DNA of 64,000 nt from Escherichia coli (GTDB lineage Bacteria > Pseudomonadota > Gammaproteobacteria > Enterobacterales > Enterobacteriaceae): assembly GCF_003018235.1 (NCBI RefSeq), contig NZ_CP027437.1, one strand, 5' to 3'. Every line of letters starts with the position of its first letter. The stretch's first letter is position 1. Shown here one piece after another: positions 41,326-57,767 of the stretch. A program made the position numbers and the translations under genes. The notes beneath the pieces are model-generated. The model made no database searches, had not been told where the DNA came from, and saw only the letters and a program-made list of their open reading frames with translations.

Positions 41326-41416
41326 AATTCTGTTTCATCAGACCGCTTCTGCGTTCTGATTTAATCTGTATCAGGCTGAAAATCTTCTCTCATCCGCCAA
41401 AACAGCTTCGGCGTTG

Positions 41417-44321
<2,905 letters not shown>

Positions 44322-44504
44322 TCACAACCCGAAGATGTTTCTTTCGATTCATCATCGTGTTGCGAAAATTTGAGAGACTCACGAACAACTTTCGTTGTTC
44401 AGTGTTTCAATTTTCAGCTTGATCCAGATTTTTAAAGAGCAAAACTTCGCAGTGAACCTTTGCAGGTACACTCTGAAATATTTTTTATTTAATCACTACA
44501 GAGA

Positions 44505-44580
44505 TGGTGGAGCTATGCGGGATCGAACCGCAGACCTCCTGCGTGCAAAGCAGGCGCTCTCCCAGCTGAGCTATAGCCCC
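44505..44580 (-). tRNA. alaV: tRNA-Ala (UGC), 16S-23S spacer
   Basis: Reverse complement GGGGCTATAGCTCAGCTGGGAGAGCGCCTGCTTTGCACGCAGGAGGTCTGCGGTTCGATCCCGCATAGCTCCACCA. Confidence 0.97.
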
Positions 44581-44622
44581 ATAACATGTAGTTAAAACCT
44601 CTTCAAATTTGCGGTGCAAATT

Positions 44623-44699
<77 letters not shown>

Positions 44700-44767
44700 G
44701 TAGAGGTTTTACTGCTCATTTTCATCAGACAATCTGTGTGAGCACTGCAAAGTACGCTTCTTTAAGG

Positions 44768-46309
<1,542 letters not shown>

Positions 46310-46440
46310 AAAAGTTTGATGCTCAAAGAATTAAACTTCGTAATGAATTACGTGTTCACTCTTGAGACTTGGTATTCATTTTTCGTCTTGCGACGTTAAG
46401 AATCCGTATCTTCGAGTGCCCACACAGATTGTCTGATAAA

Positions 46441-46453
46441 TTGTTAAAGAGCA
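46441..46453 (-). promoter_or_regulatory. rrn leader boxA antitermination element
   Basis: Reverse complement TGCTCTTTAACAA matches the boxA consensus in the rrn leader. Confidence 0.75.
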
Positions 46454-46484
46454 GTTGCGACGCGGCTTTCAGCTCACTGTCGCG

Positions 46485-46521
46485 AGGTGGCGTATATTAC
46501 ACTTTCCTCTTTCAGAGTCAA
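46485..46521 (-). promoter_or_regulatory. rrnH P2 promoter
   Basis: Reverse complement reads TTGACT (-35) ... 17 bp ... TAATAT (-10), followed by GCC ACCTCGCGACAG, matching the rrn P2 architecture. Confidence 0.7.
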
Positions 46522-46596
46522 CCCTGAATTTCAGGATTTTTCTCTTCAACCGAACCGGCTGTTTGTGTGAAGTGATTCACATCCGCCGTGTCGATG

Positions 46597-46690
46597 GAGG
46601 CGCATTATAGGGAGTCGGCTCAGGAAGACAAGCGGAAAAATGCATTTTTATGTCAACCGCTCATCTTTTAATCATTACGCCGGTTTTTGC
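46597..46690 (-). promoter_or_regulatory. rrnH P1 promoter with upstream AT-rich UP-element region
   Basis: Reverse complement reads TTGTCT (-35) ... TATAAT (-10) GCGCC discriminator, with an AT-rich tract upstream (46632-46690). Confidence 0.7.
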
Positions 46691-47247
46691 TGCTTTTTTA
46701 TCGCTTGCGGCAGGTCTGCCAGGCTATTTAACACCCAATCCGCCGCGTTTTCTGCTTCAGGCGTAACAGGTTTACCCGTACGCACCAGCACTTTTGTTCC
46801 CACGTTCGCCGCAGCCGCTGCCTGCATATCTTCTAATTTATCGCCCACCATATAAGAAGCGGCCATATCAATATGCAAATAATCGCGTGCTGACAAAAGC
46901 ATCCCCGGATGTGGTTTGCGGCAGTCGCAGACCTGGCGAAACTCTTCAACACTACCCTGCGGATGATGCGGGCAATAATAGATACCATCCAGATCGACAT
47001 CGCGGTCCGCCAGCGACCAGTCCATCCACTCGGTCAGCGTTTCAAACTGTGCTTCAGTAAATTTACCGCGAGCAATGCCAGACTGGTTGGTTACTACCAC
47101 CAGCGCAAAGCCCATTTTTTTTAGCTCGCGCATGGCGTCAATAACACCGTCGATAAATTCAAAGTTGTCGATCTCGTGGACATAGCCGTGATCGACATTA
47201 ATGGTGCCATCACGGTCAAGAAAAATTGCGGGTACGCTCTTCGCCAC
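46675..47247 (-). CDS. gmhB: D-glycero-beta-D-manno-heptose-1,7-bisphosphate 7-phosphatase
   Basis: 190 aa; HAD motif FLDRDGTIN; conserved position beside rrnH. Confidence 0.93.
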   Translation of the reverse strand: MAKSVPAIFLDRDGTINVDHGYVHEIDNFEFIDGVIDAMRELKKMGFALVVVTNQSGIARGKFTEAQFETLTEWMDWSLADRDVDLDGIYYCPHHPQGSVEEFRQVCDCRKPHPGMLLSARDYLHIDMAASYMVGDKLEDMQAAAAANVGTKVLVRTGKPVTPEAENAADWVLNSLADLPQAIKKQQKPA

Positions 47248-47336
47248 CTTTTATAGCTCCTTAATAAGGCATGTGACGCTAGTATCGCATGTTTCGACCA
47301 GCAAGAAAGTGCTCTTCGCATAAACCTGATTGATTT

Positions 47337-47344
47337 AGACGTCT
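47337..47344 (+). promoter_or_regulatory. MetJ operator box (AGACGTCT) upstream of metN
   Basis: Perfect 8-bp met-box about 90 bp upstream of the metN start, flanked by partial boxes; the metNIQ operon is MetJ-regulated (established). Confidence 0.55.
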
Positions 47345-47434
47345 GGATGCCTTAACATCCATTTCATTGACGGCGTTGCCCGTTCCAGGCATTCGAAATG
47401 CCACGACTAACTTAATGACGATAATAAATAATCA

Positions 47435-48466
47435 ATGATAAAACTTTCGAATATCACCAAAGTGTTCCACCAGGGCACCCGCACCATCCAGGCGTTGAAC
47501 AACGTCAGCCTGCATGTGCCAGCTGGACAAATTTATGGCGTTATCGGTGCCTCAGGCGCGGGTAAGAGTACGCTTATACGTTGTGTAAACCTGCTGGAGC
47601 GCCCAACCGAGGGTAGCGTGCTGGTCGATGGCCAGGAACTGACCACGCTGTCAGAATCCGAGTTGACCAAAGCTCGCCGCCAGATTGGTATGATTTTCCA
47701 GCATTTTAACCTGCTCTCTTCGCGTACTGTTTTTGGCAACGTGGCTCTGCCGCTGGAGCTGGACAACACACCGAAAGATGAGATCAAACGTCGCGTGACG
47801 GAATTGCTGTCATTGGTTGGTCTTGGCGATAAGCATGATAGCTACCCGTCGAATCTTTCCGGTGGGCAGAAACAGCGTGTGGCGATTGCCCGTGCGTTAG
47901 CCAGCAATCCCAAAGTATTGCTGTGTGATGAGGCCACCAGCGCGCTGGATCCGGCAACGACACGTTCTATTCTCGAACTGCTGAAAGACATCAACCGCCG
48001 TCTGGGTTTGACGATTCTGTTGATCACCCACGAAATGGACGTTGTGAAGCGCATTTGTGATTGCGTGGCGGTCATCAGCAATGGCGAACTGATCGAGCAG
48101 GACACGGTAAGTGAAGTGTTCTCGCATCCGAAAACGCCGCTGGCGCAGAAGTTTATTCAGTCGACCCTGCATCTGGATATCCCGGAAGATTACCAGGAAC
48201 GTCTGCAAGCGGAGCCATTCACTGACTGCGTGCCGATGCTGCGTCTGGAGTTTACCGGTCAATCGGTCGATGCCCCACTGCTTTCTGAAACCGCGCGTCG
48301 TTTCAACGTCAACAACAACATTATTAGCGCGCAGATGGATTACGCCGGTGGCGTTAAGTTCGGCATCATGCTGACTGAAATGCACGGCACACAACAAGAT
48401 ACGCAAGCCGCCATTGCCTGGCTGCAGGAACACCATGTAAAAGTAGAGGTACTGGGTTATGTCTGA
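47435..48466 (+). CDS. metN: Methionine ABC transporter ATP-binding protein
   Basis: 343 aa; Walker [13 protein letters not shown] signature LSGGQKQR, Walker B LLCDE. Confidence 0.95.
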
Positions 48467-49112
48467 GCCGATGATGTGGCTGCTGGTTCGTGGCGTATGG
48501 GAAACGCTGGCAATGACCTTCGTATCCGGATTTTTTGGGTTTGTGATTGGTCTGCCGGTTGGCGTCCTGCTTTATGTCACGCGTCCGGGGCAAATTATTG
48601 CTAACGCGAAGCTGTATCGTACCGTTTCTGCGATTGTGAACATTTTCCGTTCTATCCCGTTCATTATCTTGCTGGTATGGATGATTCCGTTTACCCGAGT
48701 TATTGTCGGTACATCGATTGGTTTGCAGGCAGCGATTGTTCCGTTAACCGTTGGTGCAGCACCGTTTATTGCCCGTATGGTCGAGAACGCTCTGCTGGAG
48801 ATCCCAACCGGGTTAATTGAAGCTTCCCGCGCAATGGGTGCCACGCCAATGCAGATCGTCCGTAAAGTGCTGTTACCGGAAGCGTTGCCGGGTCTGGTGA
48901 ATGCGGCAACTATCACCCTGATTACCCTGGTCGGTTATTCCGCGATGGGTGGTGCAGTCGGTGCCGGTGGTTTAGGTCAGATTGGCTATCAGTATGGCTA
49001 CATCGGCTACAACGCGACGGTGATGAATACGGTACTGGTATTGCTGGTCATTCTGGTTTATTTAATTCAGTTCGCAGGCGACCGCATCGTCCGGGCTGTC
49101 ACTCGCAAGTAA
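48459..49112 (+). CDS. metI: Methionine ABC transporter permease
   Basis: 217 aa; multi-TM permease overlapping the metN stop. Confidence 0.95.
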
Positions 49113-49151
49113 CGTTCAACACAACATAAATAATTGAAGAAGGAATAAGGT

Positions 49152-49967
49152 ATGGCGTTCAAATTCAAAACCTTTGCGGCAGTGGGAGCCCTGATTGGAT
49201 CACTGGCACTGGTAGGCTGCGGTCAGGATGAAAAAGATCCAAACCACATTAAAGTCGGCGTGATTGTTGGTGCCGAACAGCAGGTTGCAGAAGTCGCGCA
49301 GAAAGTTGCGAAAGACAAATATGGTCTGGACGTTGAGCTCGTAACCTTCAACGACTATGTTCTGCCAAACGAAGCATTGAGCAAAGGCGATATCGACGCC
49401 AACGCCTTCCAGCATAAACCGTACCTTGATCAGCAACTGAAAGATCGTGGCTACAAACTGGTCGCAGTAGGCAACACTTTTGTTTATCCGATTGCAGGTT
49501 ACTCCAAGAAAATCAAATCACTGGATGAACTGCAGGATGGTTCGCAGGTTGCCGTGCCAAACGACCCAACTAACCTTGGTCGTTCACTGCTGCTGCTGCA
49601 AAAAGTGGGCTTGATCAAACTGAAAGATGGCGTTGGCCTGCTGCCGACCGTTCTTGATGTTGTTGAGAACCCCAAAAATCTGAAAATTGTTGAGCTGGAA
49701 GCACCGCAGCTGCCGCGTTCTCTGGACGACGCGCAAATCGCTCTGGCAGTTATCAATACCACCTATGCCAGCCAGATTGGCCTGACTCCGGCGAAAGACG
49801 GTATCTTTGTCGAAGATAAAGAGTCCCCGTACGTAAACCTGATCGTAACGCGTGAAGATAACAAAGACGCCGAGAACGTGAAGAAATTCGTCCAGGCTTA
49901 TCAGTCTGACGAAGTTTACGAAGCAGCAAACAAAGTGTTTAACGGCGGCGCTGTTAAAGGCTGGTAA
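49152..49967 (+). CDS. metQ: Methionine-binding lipoprotein
   Basis: 271 aa; lipobox LVGCGQ; NlpA-family. Confidence 0.95.
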   Translation: MAFKFKTFAAVGALIGSLALVGCGQDEKDPNHIKVGVIVGAEQQVAEVAQKVAKDKYGLDVELVTFNDYVLPNEALSKGDIDANAFQHKPYLDQQLKDRGYKLVAVGNTFVYPIAGYSKKIKSLDELQDGSQVAVPNDPTNLGRSLLLLQKVGLIKLKDGVGLLPTVLDVVENPKNLKIVELEAPQLPRSLDDAQIALAVINTTYASQIGLTPAKDGIFVEDKESPYVNLIVTREDNKDAENVKKFVQAYQSDEVYEAANKVFNGGAVKGW

Positions 49968-50084
49968 TTTTTAGGCTGTTTCCACAATTTGTAATATCAT
50001 TCAGGACGGGCGCTTGCCCGTCTTGTCATTTCTACAAGCTCCTGATTCAATATTGACGTTTTGATCATACATTGAGGAAATACT

Positions 50085-50489
50085 ATGCGTGCTTTACCGA
50101 TCTGTTTAGTAGCACTCATGCTAAGCGGCTGTTCCATGTTAAGCAGATCCCCTGTCGAACCCGTTCAAAGCACTGCACCCCAGCCGAAAGCGGAGCCTGC
50201 AAAACCGAAAGCGCCGCGCGCCACGCCGGTCCGAATTTATACCAATGCAGAAGAATTAGTCGGCAAACCGTTCCGCGATCTCGGTGAAGTCAGTGGCGAC
50301 TCTTGCCAGGCCTCTAATCAGGACTCTCCGCCGAGCATTCCAACCGCGCGTAAGCGGATGCAAATCAACGCCTCGAAAATGAAAGCCAATGCGGTATTAC
50401 TGCATAGCTGCGAAGTCACCAGCGGTACGCCAGGCTGCTATCGTCAGGCTGTATGTATCGGTTCTGCGCTTAACATTACGGCGAAATGA
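50085..50489 (+). CDS. rcsF: Outer-membrane lipoprotein RcsF (Rcs phosphorelay sensor)
   Basis: 134 aa; lipobox LSGCS; Pro-rich linker; Cys-rich C-terminus. Confidence 0.93.
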   Translation: MRALPICLVALMLSGCSMLSRSPVEPVQSTAPQPKAEPAKPKAPRATPVRIYTNAEELVGKPFRDLGEVSGDSCQASNQDSPPSIPTARKRMQINASKMKANAVLLHSCEVTSGTPGCYRQAVCIGSALNITAK

Positions 50490-51193
50490 GCAGTTTCCAG
50501 TTCGAGCAAATAGGCGTTATTCGCTCGCCCTATAAAGAAAAATTCGCCGTTCCGCGCCAGCCAGGTCTGGTAAAAAGCGCCAACGGCGAACTGCATCTCA
50601 TTGCTCCCTACAACCAGGCCGACGCCGTTCGCGGCCTGGAAGCGTTCAGTCATTTATGGATCCTTTTCGTCTTTCATCAAACGATGGAAGGCGGCTGGCG
50701 TCCGACTGTGCGTCCACCGCGCCTCGGCGGTAATACCAGAATGGGTGTTTTCGCTACGCGCTCCACTTTCCGCCCTAACCCGATTGGTATGTCGCTGGTA
50801 GAGCTGAAAGAGGTTGTTTGCCATAAAGACAGCGTGATTCTGAAGCTCGGCAGTCTGGATCTGGTAGATGGGACGCCGGTGGTGGATATCAAACCGTATC
50901 TCCCCTTTGCCGAATCGCTTCCCGATGCCAGTGCCAGCTATGCGCAAAGTGCGCCAGCTGCAGAGATGGCGGTGAGTTTTACCGCAGAGGTCGAAAAGCA
51001 GCTTTTGACGCTGGAGAAGCGTTATCCGCAGTTAACGCTGTTTATCCGCGAAGTACTGGCGCAGGACCCGCGCCCGGCCTATCGTAAAGGTGAGGAAACG
51101 GGCAAAACCTATGCCGTCTGGCTGCATGATTTTAACGTTCGCTGGCGCGTCACCGACGCAGGTTTTGAAGTCTTTGCGCTGGAACCGCGTTAA
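50486..51193 (+). CDS. tsaA: tRNA (adenine37-N6)-methyltransferase TsaA (YaeB)
   Basis: 235 aa; overlaps the rcsF stop; conserved position. Confidence 0.9.
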   Translation: MSSFQFEQIGVIRSPYKEKFAVPRQPGLVKSANGELHLIAPYNQADAVRGLEAFSHLWILFVFHQTMEGGWRPTVRPPRLGGNTRMGVFATRSTFRPNPIGMSLVELKEVVCHKDSVILKLGSLDLVDGTPVVDIKPYLPFAESLPDASASYAQSAPAAEMAVSFTAEVEKQLLTLEKRYPQLTLFIREVLAQDPRPAYRKGEETGKTYAVWLHDFNVRWRVTDAGFEVFALEPR

Positions 51194-51303
51194 ATTCACG
51201 CCCTTCTCTTTTGACATTTCTTTTGCACTGGTAAACTAAATCACTTTTTTTGTCCCAGGCTCACCTTGAGCCTGTTCTACCTTCCAACTGGAACCGTAAC
51301 AAC

Positions 51304-53022
51304 ATGCGTACTAGCCAATACCTGCTCTCCACTCTCAAGGAGACACCTGCCGACGCCGAGGTGATCAGCCATCAGCTGATGCTGCGCGCCGGGATGATCC
51401 GCAAGCTGGCCTCCGGGTTATATACCTGGCTGCCGACCGGCGTGCGCGTTCTGAAAAAAGTCGAAAACATCGTGCGTGAAGAGATGAACAACGCCGGTGC
51501 GATCGAGGTGTCGATGCCGGTGGTTCAGCCAGCCGATTTGTGGCAAGAGAGTGGTCGTTGGGAACAGTACGGTCCGGAACTGCTGCGTTTTGTTGACCGT
51601 GGCGAGCGTCCGTTCGTACTCGGCCCAACTCATGAAGAAGTTATTACAGACCTGATTCGTAACGAGCTTAGCTCTTACAAACAGCTGCCGCTGAACTTCT
51701 ATCAGATCCAGACCAAGTTCCGCGACGAAGTGCGTCCGCGTTTCGGCGTCATGCGTTCCCGCGAATTCCTGATGAAAGATGCTTACTCTTTCCATACTTC
51801 TCAGGAATCCTTACAGGAAACCTACGATGCAATGTATGCGGCCTACAGCAAAATCTTCAGCCGCATGGGGCTGGATTTCCGCGCCGTACAGGCCGACACC
51901 GGTTCTATCGGCGGTAGCGCCTCTCACGAATTCCAGGTGCTGGCGCAGAGCGGTGAAGACGATGTGGTCTTCTCCGACACCTCTGACTATGCAGCGAACA
52001 TTGAGCTGGCAGAAGCTATCGCGCCGAAAGAACCGCGCGCTGCTGCTACCCAGGAAATGACGCTGGTTGATACGCCGAACGCGAAGACCATCGCGGAACT
52101 GGTTGAACAGTTCAATCTGCCGATTGAGAAAACGGTTAAGACTCTGCTGGTTAAAGCGGTTGAAGGCAGTAGCTTCCCGCTGGTTGCGCTGCTGGTGCGC
52201 GGTGACCACGAGCTGAACGAAGTTAAAGCAGAAAAACTGCCGCAGGTTGCAAGCCCGCTGACTTTCGCGACCGAAGAAGAAATTCGTGCCGTGGTTAAAG
52301 CCGGTCCGGGTTCACTGGGTCCGGTAAACATGCCGATTCCGGTGGTGATTGACCGTACCGTTGCAGCGATGAGTGATTTCGCTGCTGGTGCTAACATCGA
52401 TGGTAAACACTACTTCGGTATCAACTGGGATCGCGATGTCGCTACCCCGGAAATTGCTGATATCCGTAACGTGGTGGCGGGCGATCCAAGCCCGGATGGC
52501 CAGGGTACACTGCTGATCAAACGTGGTATCGAAGTTGGTCACATCTTCCAGCTGGGTACCAAGTACTCCGAAGCACTGAAAGCCTCCGTACAGGGTGAAG
52601 ATGGCCGTAATCAAATCCTGACGATGGGTTGCTACGGTATCGGAGTAACGCGTGTAGTAGCTGCGGCGATTGAGCAGAACTACGACGAACGCGGCATCGT
52701 ATGGCCTGACGCTATCGCACCGTTCCAGGTGGCGATTCTGCCGATGAACATGCACAAATCCTTCCGCGTACAGGAGCTTGCTGAGAAACTGTACAGCGAA
52801 CTGCGCGCGCAGGGTATCGAAGTGCTGCTGGATGACCGCAAAGAGCGTCCGGGCGTGATGTTTGCTGATATGGAACTGATCGGTATTCCGCACACTATTG
52901 TGCTGGGCGACCGTAACCTCGACAACGACGATATCGAATATAAATATCGTCGTAACGGCGAGAAACAGTTAATTAAGACTGGTGACATCGTCGATTATCT
53001 GGTGAAACAGATTAAAGGCTGA
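51304..53022 (+). CDS. proS: Prolyl-tRNA synthetase
   Basis: Start set at [20 protein letters not shown] (572 aa); class II aaRS motifs. Confidence 0.95.
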   Translation: MRTSQYLLSTLKETPADAEVISHQLMLRAGMIRKLASGLYTWLPTGVRVLKKVENIVREEMNNAGAIEVSMPVVQPADLWQESGRWEQYGPELLRFVDRGERPFVLGPTHEEVITDLIRNELSSYKQLPLNFYQIQTKFRDEVRPRFGVMRSREFLMKDAYSFHTSQESLQETYDAMYAAYSKIFSRMGLDFRAVQADTGSIGGSASHEFQVLAQSGEDDVVFSDTSDYAANIELAEAIAPKEPRAAATQEMTLVDTPNAKTIAELVEQFNLPIEKTVKTLLVKAVEGSSFPLVALLVRGDHELNEVKAEKLPQVASPLTFATEEEIRAVVKAGPGSLGPVNMPIPVVIDRTVAAMSDFAAGANIDGKHYFGINWDRDVATPEIADIRNVVAGDPSPDGQGTLLIKRGIEVGHIFQLGTKYSEALKASVQGEDGRNQILTMGCYGIGVTRVVAAAIEQNYDERGIVWPDAIAPFQVAILPMNMHKSFRVQELAEKLYSELRAQGIEVLLDDRKERPGVMFADMELIGIPHTIVLGDRNLDNDDIEYKYRRNGEKQLIKTGDIVDYLVKQIKG

Positions 53023-53031
53023 TGCCAGAAA

Positions 53032-53059
53032 GGGTCCTGAATTTCAGGGCCCTTTTTTA
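53032..53059 (+). terminator. Rho-independent terminator after proS
   Basis: Hairpin GGGTCCTGA-att-TCAGGGCCC followed by TTTTTT. Confidence 0.65.
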
Positions 53060-53065
53060 CATGGA

Positions 53066-53899
53066 TTGTATAAAATGGATAAACCAAAGGCGCATTGCTG
53101 CCTGCTTCTCCCCTGCTTTCTTTTACTTTCGGCCTGTACCGTTGATATCAGCCAGCCAGACTCATCAGCCACAGTGGTAAATGCCGAGACGAAAACATGG
53201 GCTGTAAAATTCCAGCATCAAAGCTCTTTCACCGAACAATCAATAAAAGAAATAACGGAACCAGATCTCAAACCCGGCGATTTGCTTTTCTCCTCAAGCC
53301 TTGGGGTAACCTCATTTGGTATCTGCGTATTCAGCACTTCCTCTGTGAGTCACGTTGCAATCTATTTGGGAGATAATAACGTTGCCGAAGCGACAGGCGC
53401 TGGCGTCCAGATTGTTTCCCTTAAAAAAGCCATAAAGCATAGTGATAAGCTTTTCGTCTTACGAGTCCCGGATCTTACCCCGCAACAAGCCACAGAAATC
53501 ACCGCGTTCGCCAACAAAATTAAAGATAGCGGTTACAACTATCGCGGCATTGTCGAATTTATTCCATTTATGGTGACTCGCCAGATGTGCTCACTAAATC
53601 CGTTCTCCGAGGATTTTCGTCAACAGTGCGTCAGCGGCCTGGCGAAAGCGCAGTTAAGCAGTGTGGGCGAAGGAGACAAAAAGTCGTGGTTTTGTTCGGA
53701 ATTTGTCACTGATGCATTTGCCAAAGCCGGGCATCCGCTTACGCTGGCGCAATCAGGCTGGATTAGCCCTGCCGATCTGATGCATATGCGTACTGGCGAT
53801 ATCTCTGCGTTTAAGCCAGAAACGCAGTTACAGTATGTTGGGCACATGAAGCCTGGGATTTATATCAAGACAGGCCGCTTTGTTGGGCTGACTCAGTGA
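53066..53899 (+). CDS. yaeF: YaeF (YiiX-family lipoprotein / putative peptidase)
   Basis: 277 aa; signal/lipobox LLSACT; conserved position. Confidence 0.85.
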   Translation: MYKMDKPKAHCCLLLPCFLLLSACTVDISQPDSSATVVNAETKTWAVKFQHQSSFTEQSIKEITEPDLKPGDLLFSSSLGVTSFGICVFSTSSVSHVAIYLGDNNVAEATGAGVQIVSLKKAIKHSDKLFVLRVPDLTPQQATEITAFANKIKDSGYNYRGIVEFIPFMVTRQMCSLNPFSEDFRQQCVSGLAKAQLSSVGEGDKKSWFCSEFVTDAFAKAGHPLTLAQSGWISPADLMHMRTGDISAFKPETQLQYVGHMKPGIYIKTGRFVGLTQ

Positions 53900-53924
53900 T
53901 AAAAGCCAGCCTCGTGCGCAAAAT

Positions 53925-53958
53925 GCCGGATGCGGCGTGAACGCCTTATCCGGCCTAC
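53925..53958. repeat. REP element
   Basis: GCCGGATGCGGCGTGAACGCCTTATCCGGCCTAC matches the REP consensus; in the gap between convergent yaeF and nlpE. Confidence 0.85.
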
Positions 53959-54054
53959 AAAATTGTGCTAATTCAAAATATTGCATTGTATGCTTTATGA
54001 CTGATAAGCGCAGCGCATGAGGCAATATTTCATTTGTTTCTGTCTCAAGACGGG

Positions 54055-54765
54055 TTACAGCCCCAAACTACTGCAATCCTGGTTTGGGTAAAATTTACCT
54101 GCCGTATCGGGCGCTAATACTTTGGTCGGCGCACCGGTATCCGGATTAGCCTCAAGCGTAAAGTGACCTTCTACTGACAGTAACACCGGTTTTTCACTGT
54201 TACCGCGCGCAGCCAGGTAGCCACGCTCCAGCTCTGCGTTATTCGCCACCATGAAACGTTTTCCGGTCGCGCAATCAGTGAAGGTCGCCGCATCAGCCAT
54301 ATAAAAATACATGCCCCGCAGGGTCATCGGTGTCATGGGTAAGCTGGATTGTGCCGGTTCCAGCGTATAGTTGAACTGCGATTCAATCGGATTACCTTCA
54401 CGATCGAGCATCTCCAGCGCATCGCCTTTCGCCCGATAATATGACTTTTCACCTTTGCTGTCGGTTAATACCAGCTTGTCAGCGGTTCGCGCCCATGTAC
54501 CGTAGGAAGTGAAAGAGGAAGGCTCTTCACGCGCACCAAGATAGCGTTCATTCATCACCCAGGTTCCATCTTTTTCGAGGAACAAAGAGGTTTCGATCCC
54601 TTCGCAATCGGCACACGGCAGCACGCCGCGCCAACTTTGCGGCATCGGTTTCAGTTCGGCAGCCTGCGCCGGAGAAAGCGTGTCGACTTCGGCCCGATTA
54701 TTACATCCCATCAGAGTAAAGAGGCTGATTACAGTCATCGCTGTCACTATCGCTTTTTTCACCAT
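54055..54765 (-). CDS. nlpE: Lipoprotein NlpE (CutF), Cpx-pathway activator
   Basis: 236 aa; lipobox LMGCN; CxxC motif. Confidence 0.93.
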   Translation of the reverse strand: MVKKAIVTAMTVISLFTLMGCNNRAEVDTLSPAQAAELKPMPQSWRGVLPCADCEGIETSLFLEKDGTWVMNERYLGAREEPSSFTSYGTWARTADKLVLTDSKGEKSYYRAKGDALEMLDREGNPIESQFNYTLEPAQSSLPMTPMTLRGMYFYMADAATFTDCATGKRFMVANNAELERGYLAARGNSEKPVLLSVEGHFTLEANPDTGAPTKVLAPDTAGKFYPNQDCSSLGL

Positions 54766-54778
54766 CCATTCCTTCTTT

Positions 54779-55201
54779 TTATTCCCGACCGCTGCGCACT
54801 TTGCCGCGCATCGCCTTCACGCTTGATTTTTGTGCTTTCGATGCCAGCCTGCGCTCTTTTGATGCGCGGGTGGGCCGCGTGGGTCGTCGGGCTTTTTGTT
54901 CTGTTGTTAAATCTTTAATCACTGCCACCAGCCGGGCCAGCGCCGCTTCGCGGTTGAGCTCCTGATTGCGGTATTCCTGTGCCTTAATGACAATCACGCC
55001 ATCACTGCTGATCAAATGATGGCTGGCGGCGAGCAGACGCTCTTTGTAATACTCTGGCAGGCTGGACGCCCGAATGTCAAAACGCAGATGAATAGCCGTT
55101 GAGGTCTTATTAACATGCTGCCCGCCCGCACCCTGCGCACGAATGGCGGTGATCTCAAGCTCACCATCGGGGATAGCAACATGTCGGGAAATCACAATCA
55201 T
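54779..55201 (-). CDS. arfB: Alternative ribosome-rescue factor ArfB (YaeJ), peptidyl-tRNA hydrolase
   Basis: 140 aa; GGQ motif ([12 protein letters not shown]); basic C-terminal tail. Confidence 0.95.
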   Translation of the reverse strand: MIVISRHVAIPDGELEITAIRAQGAGGQHVNKTSTAIHLRFDIRASSLPEYYKERLLAASHHLISSDGVIVIKAQEYRNQELNREAALARLVAVIKDLTTEQKARRPTRPTRASKERRLASKAQKSSVKAMRGKVRSGRE

Positions 55202-55743
55202 GAAGGTTGTTGCCAGACGGTTAAGTTCACTTCCAGATTATTCTTATCATCCGATAACCAGATCACGCCATCCTGAATCGTTGCCTGCAGCGTCATGGTA
55301 CGATCGGCAAAGGCGCTTACTTTCGCCAGTTGTTCATCGTCCAGATACCAGACGGAAAGATTGGCAAACTGCGCACATTTGCTCTGATTTTGCTGCCACC
55401 AGATTTGCGCCGCCCGACTATTATAGGCAAACAGCGCTACTTCTGCGGCCTGGGTGCAGGCTTTCTTAATCCGCCGCTCATCCGGCAGCCCCAGCTCAAT
55501 CCACAAATCAATGCCCAGGTGATCGTTACGCAGCCACGCTTCCGGCTCATCATCGGCACACAAACCACGGGTAAATTGCAGACGTTCATCAGCATATTTC
55601 AGCCACGCCAGCAGGCGCAGCATCATGCGCTCCTGGGTTTCTGAAGGGTGGCGCGCCAGCGTCAGAGAGGCATCGAGAAACTGGTTGCGGTCGAGATCGG
55701 CCACATTAACCGTCGCTTTATAAATTGTCGCTTTAAGCGCCAT
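55198..55743 (-). CDS. yaeQ: YaeQ-family protein
   Basis: 181 aa; [22 protein letters not shown]...; conserved position. Confidence 0.9.
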   Translation of the reverse strand: MALKATIYKATVNVADLDRNQFLDASLTLARHPSETQERMMLRLLAWLKYADERLQFTRGLCADDEPEAWLRNDHLGIDLWIELGLPDERRIKKACTQAAEVALFAYNSRAAQIWWQQNQSKCAQFANLSVWYLDDEQLAKVSAFADRTMTLQATIQDGVIWLSDDKNNLEVNLTVWQQPS

Positions 55744-55908
55744 AAGAAAACTCCTTTTGAATCAGGAGGCCATTGTAACGGAATACGTGCAGTTGCGGCG
55801 CTGATATTGCAGAAATGAGTGTGGTATAGTCACCTTGCGAAACAGAGTTTATCTTCGTAGGCTTAGACTTGCATCCACGGTTAAGTCAGAGTGCTGACAG
55901 GAGGGCAT

Positions 55909-56109
55909 GTGGAAAAATATTGTGAGTTAATACGCAAGCGGTACGCGGAAATCGCCAGCGGAGACTTAGGATACGTTCCGGACGCGCTGGGCTGCGTTTT
56001 GAAAGTGCTGAATGAAATGGCTGCCGACGACGCCCTTTCTGAGGCTGTCAGGGAAAAAGCAGCATACGCTGCGGCAAACTTACTGGTGAGCGATTATGTC
56101 AATGAATGA
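55909..56109 (+). CDS. yaeP: YaeP (UPF0253) small protein
   Basis: 66 aa from a GTG start preceded by GGAGGG; (M)[27 protein letters not shown]... Confidence 0.85.
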
Positions 56110-56356
56110 TACGTATCAACCAATCAATTGTGATGATTACGATAATCTTGAGCTCGCCTGCCAGCATCATTTAATGCTGACACTTGAGCTGAAAGATGGC
56201 GAAAAATTGCAGGCGAAGGCCAGCGATTTAGTCTCCCGCAAAAATGTGGAGTATCTGGTCGTCGAGGCCGCTGGTACAACCCGCGAGCTGCGTCTGGATA
56301 AAATTACCAGCTTTAGCCACCCGGAAATCGGTACGGTGGTGGTGAGCGAGTCCTGA
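56096..56356 (+). CDS. rof: Rho-binding antiterminator Rof (YaeO)
   Basis: 86 aa; [46 protein letters not shown]... Confidence 0.9.
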
Positions 56357-56365
56357 TTGACTTTC

Positions 56366-56398
56366 GCCGGATGCGACGTTTGAAGCGTCTTATCCGGC
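56366..56398. repeat. REP-like element
   Basis: GCCGGATGCGACGTTTGAAGCGTCTTATCCGGC between rof and tilS. Confidence 0.75.
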
Positions 56399-56404
56399 TT
56401 TCAC

Positions 56405-57703
56405 TTAACTAAGCGTTTTCTGCCAGACAAAACTGACGCCATTCTCACCTTCAGCCACACCTTCTTGCGTCACAAATACCCCTGCCGCCGCAATCAACGT
56501 TTCGCCATAAAACAGCAGTGGCGTGGTGTCACGTAGCCACGGCGGCACACCCAGCTCTTGCCAGATTTTCTTCAGCTTACGTCCGCCGTTGCGCCCGATA
56601 ATATGCAGCAATCCTGGCGCTTTGAAACGCACGCTGACCGCTTCGTCTGCACGCGGAGGGCGAATATCGCCTCCCGCAGTAAGCTGTACACTTCCCAGTC
56701 CCGCCGGTAATTCCAGCGGTTGTAGCCACGTCTGCCACGGCACAATGGTTTCGCTTTGCCCGGCAACGGATTTAATCCACCACAGTTGCGACTGATAGCG
56801 GCGGATTTCAAACGCGCCCAGACGTAAACAGGGGGAAGCATCTTCCCGCGCCAGCGCCACTTCCTGCCAGATCCTCACCAACGCGTCGCGGGAAGGCATC
56901 GGTGCATTCTTCCCTGCCAGCCAGCGGCGGATAATCGCCGCGCGGCGGGCATCACTCATCGCCAGCATTGGCGCAATCTGCAGCGTCCCCTGCGGCTTTT
57001 GACAGTGCGCTATATCATCCGCCAGCAGTTCATCTAACAGGCTCTCTTGTTCAGCGCAAAGCGCAGCGCTGCGGGCCGTTGCTTCGGCAAAATGCGGCCA
57101 ACGCTGCTGCAATAACGGCACCACGCGCAGGCGCAGAAAGTTACGATCGTAGCTATCATCCTGATTACTTTCGTCTTCAATCCAGCGTAAATCATACTGA
57201 CGCGCCCACTGCACCAGTTCTCCCCGCGTGCGGGCGAGCAACGGACGGATAAGCCGTGTTCCGGCAAACTCCGAAACTTCTCCCATAGCCGAAAGCCCGG
57301 CAGGGCCGCTACCGCGTTTTAGCGCCAGCAGAAAGGTTTCACATTGATCGTCGAGATGTTGCGCGGTGACCAGCACTTCACCGGGCAACAAGGTGCGGGC
57401 AAATGCCTGATAACGCGCCTGCCGCGCCTGGGCCTCAATCCCCAGTCCTTCTTGTGCAAGTTGCACGCGCTCGACCACCAGCGGCACCTGCCACTGTTGG
57501 CAGATGTTTTCGCAATGCGTAACCCAAGCATCGGCATTGGCACTTAAACCGTGATGCACATGGATAGCGCGCAGAGTGACGCCCGGATTTTCCGCCCGCC
57601 ACTGCACCAACTGATGCAGCAAAACGGTGGAGTCAAGCCCGCCGCTAAAGGCCACCAGAATCTGGCGTGAGGTGAGAAATTGTCTATTGAGCGTGAGTGT
57701 CAT
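56405..57703 (-). CDS. tilS: tRNA(Ile)-lysidine synthetase
   Basis: 432 aa; PP-loop motif SGGLDS near the N-terminus. Confidence 0.95.
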   Translation of the reverse strand: MTLTLNRQFLTSRQILVAFSGGLDSTVLLHQLVQWRAENPGVTLRAIHVHHGLSANADAWVTHCENICQQWQVPLVVERVQLAQEGLGIEAQARQARYQAFARTLLPGEVLVTAQHLDDQCETFLLALKRGSGPAGLSAMGEVSEFAGTRLIRPLLARTRGELVQWARQYDLRWIEDESNQDDSYDRNFLRLRVVPLLQQRWPHFAEATARSAALCAEQESLLDELLADDIAHCQKPQGTLQIAPMLAMSDARRAAIIRRWLAGKNAPMPSRDALVRIWQEVALAREDASPCLRLGAFEIRRYQSQLWWIKSVAGQSETIVPWQTWLQPLELPAGLGSVQLTAGGDIRPPRADEAVSVRFKAPGLLHIIGRNGGRKLKKIWQELGVPPWLRDTTPLLFYGETLIAAAGVFVTQEGVAEGENGVSFVWQKTLS

Positions 57704-57767
57704 AATGGTGCGATTTTACAGTAGCAATGCCCGGCACGTTACCGGGCAAATGCGGCGATGACAAGCC

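Noticed and set aside
47897-48436. 179-aa minus-strand ORF
   Set aside because: Antisense to metN, which has clear ABC ATPase motifs.
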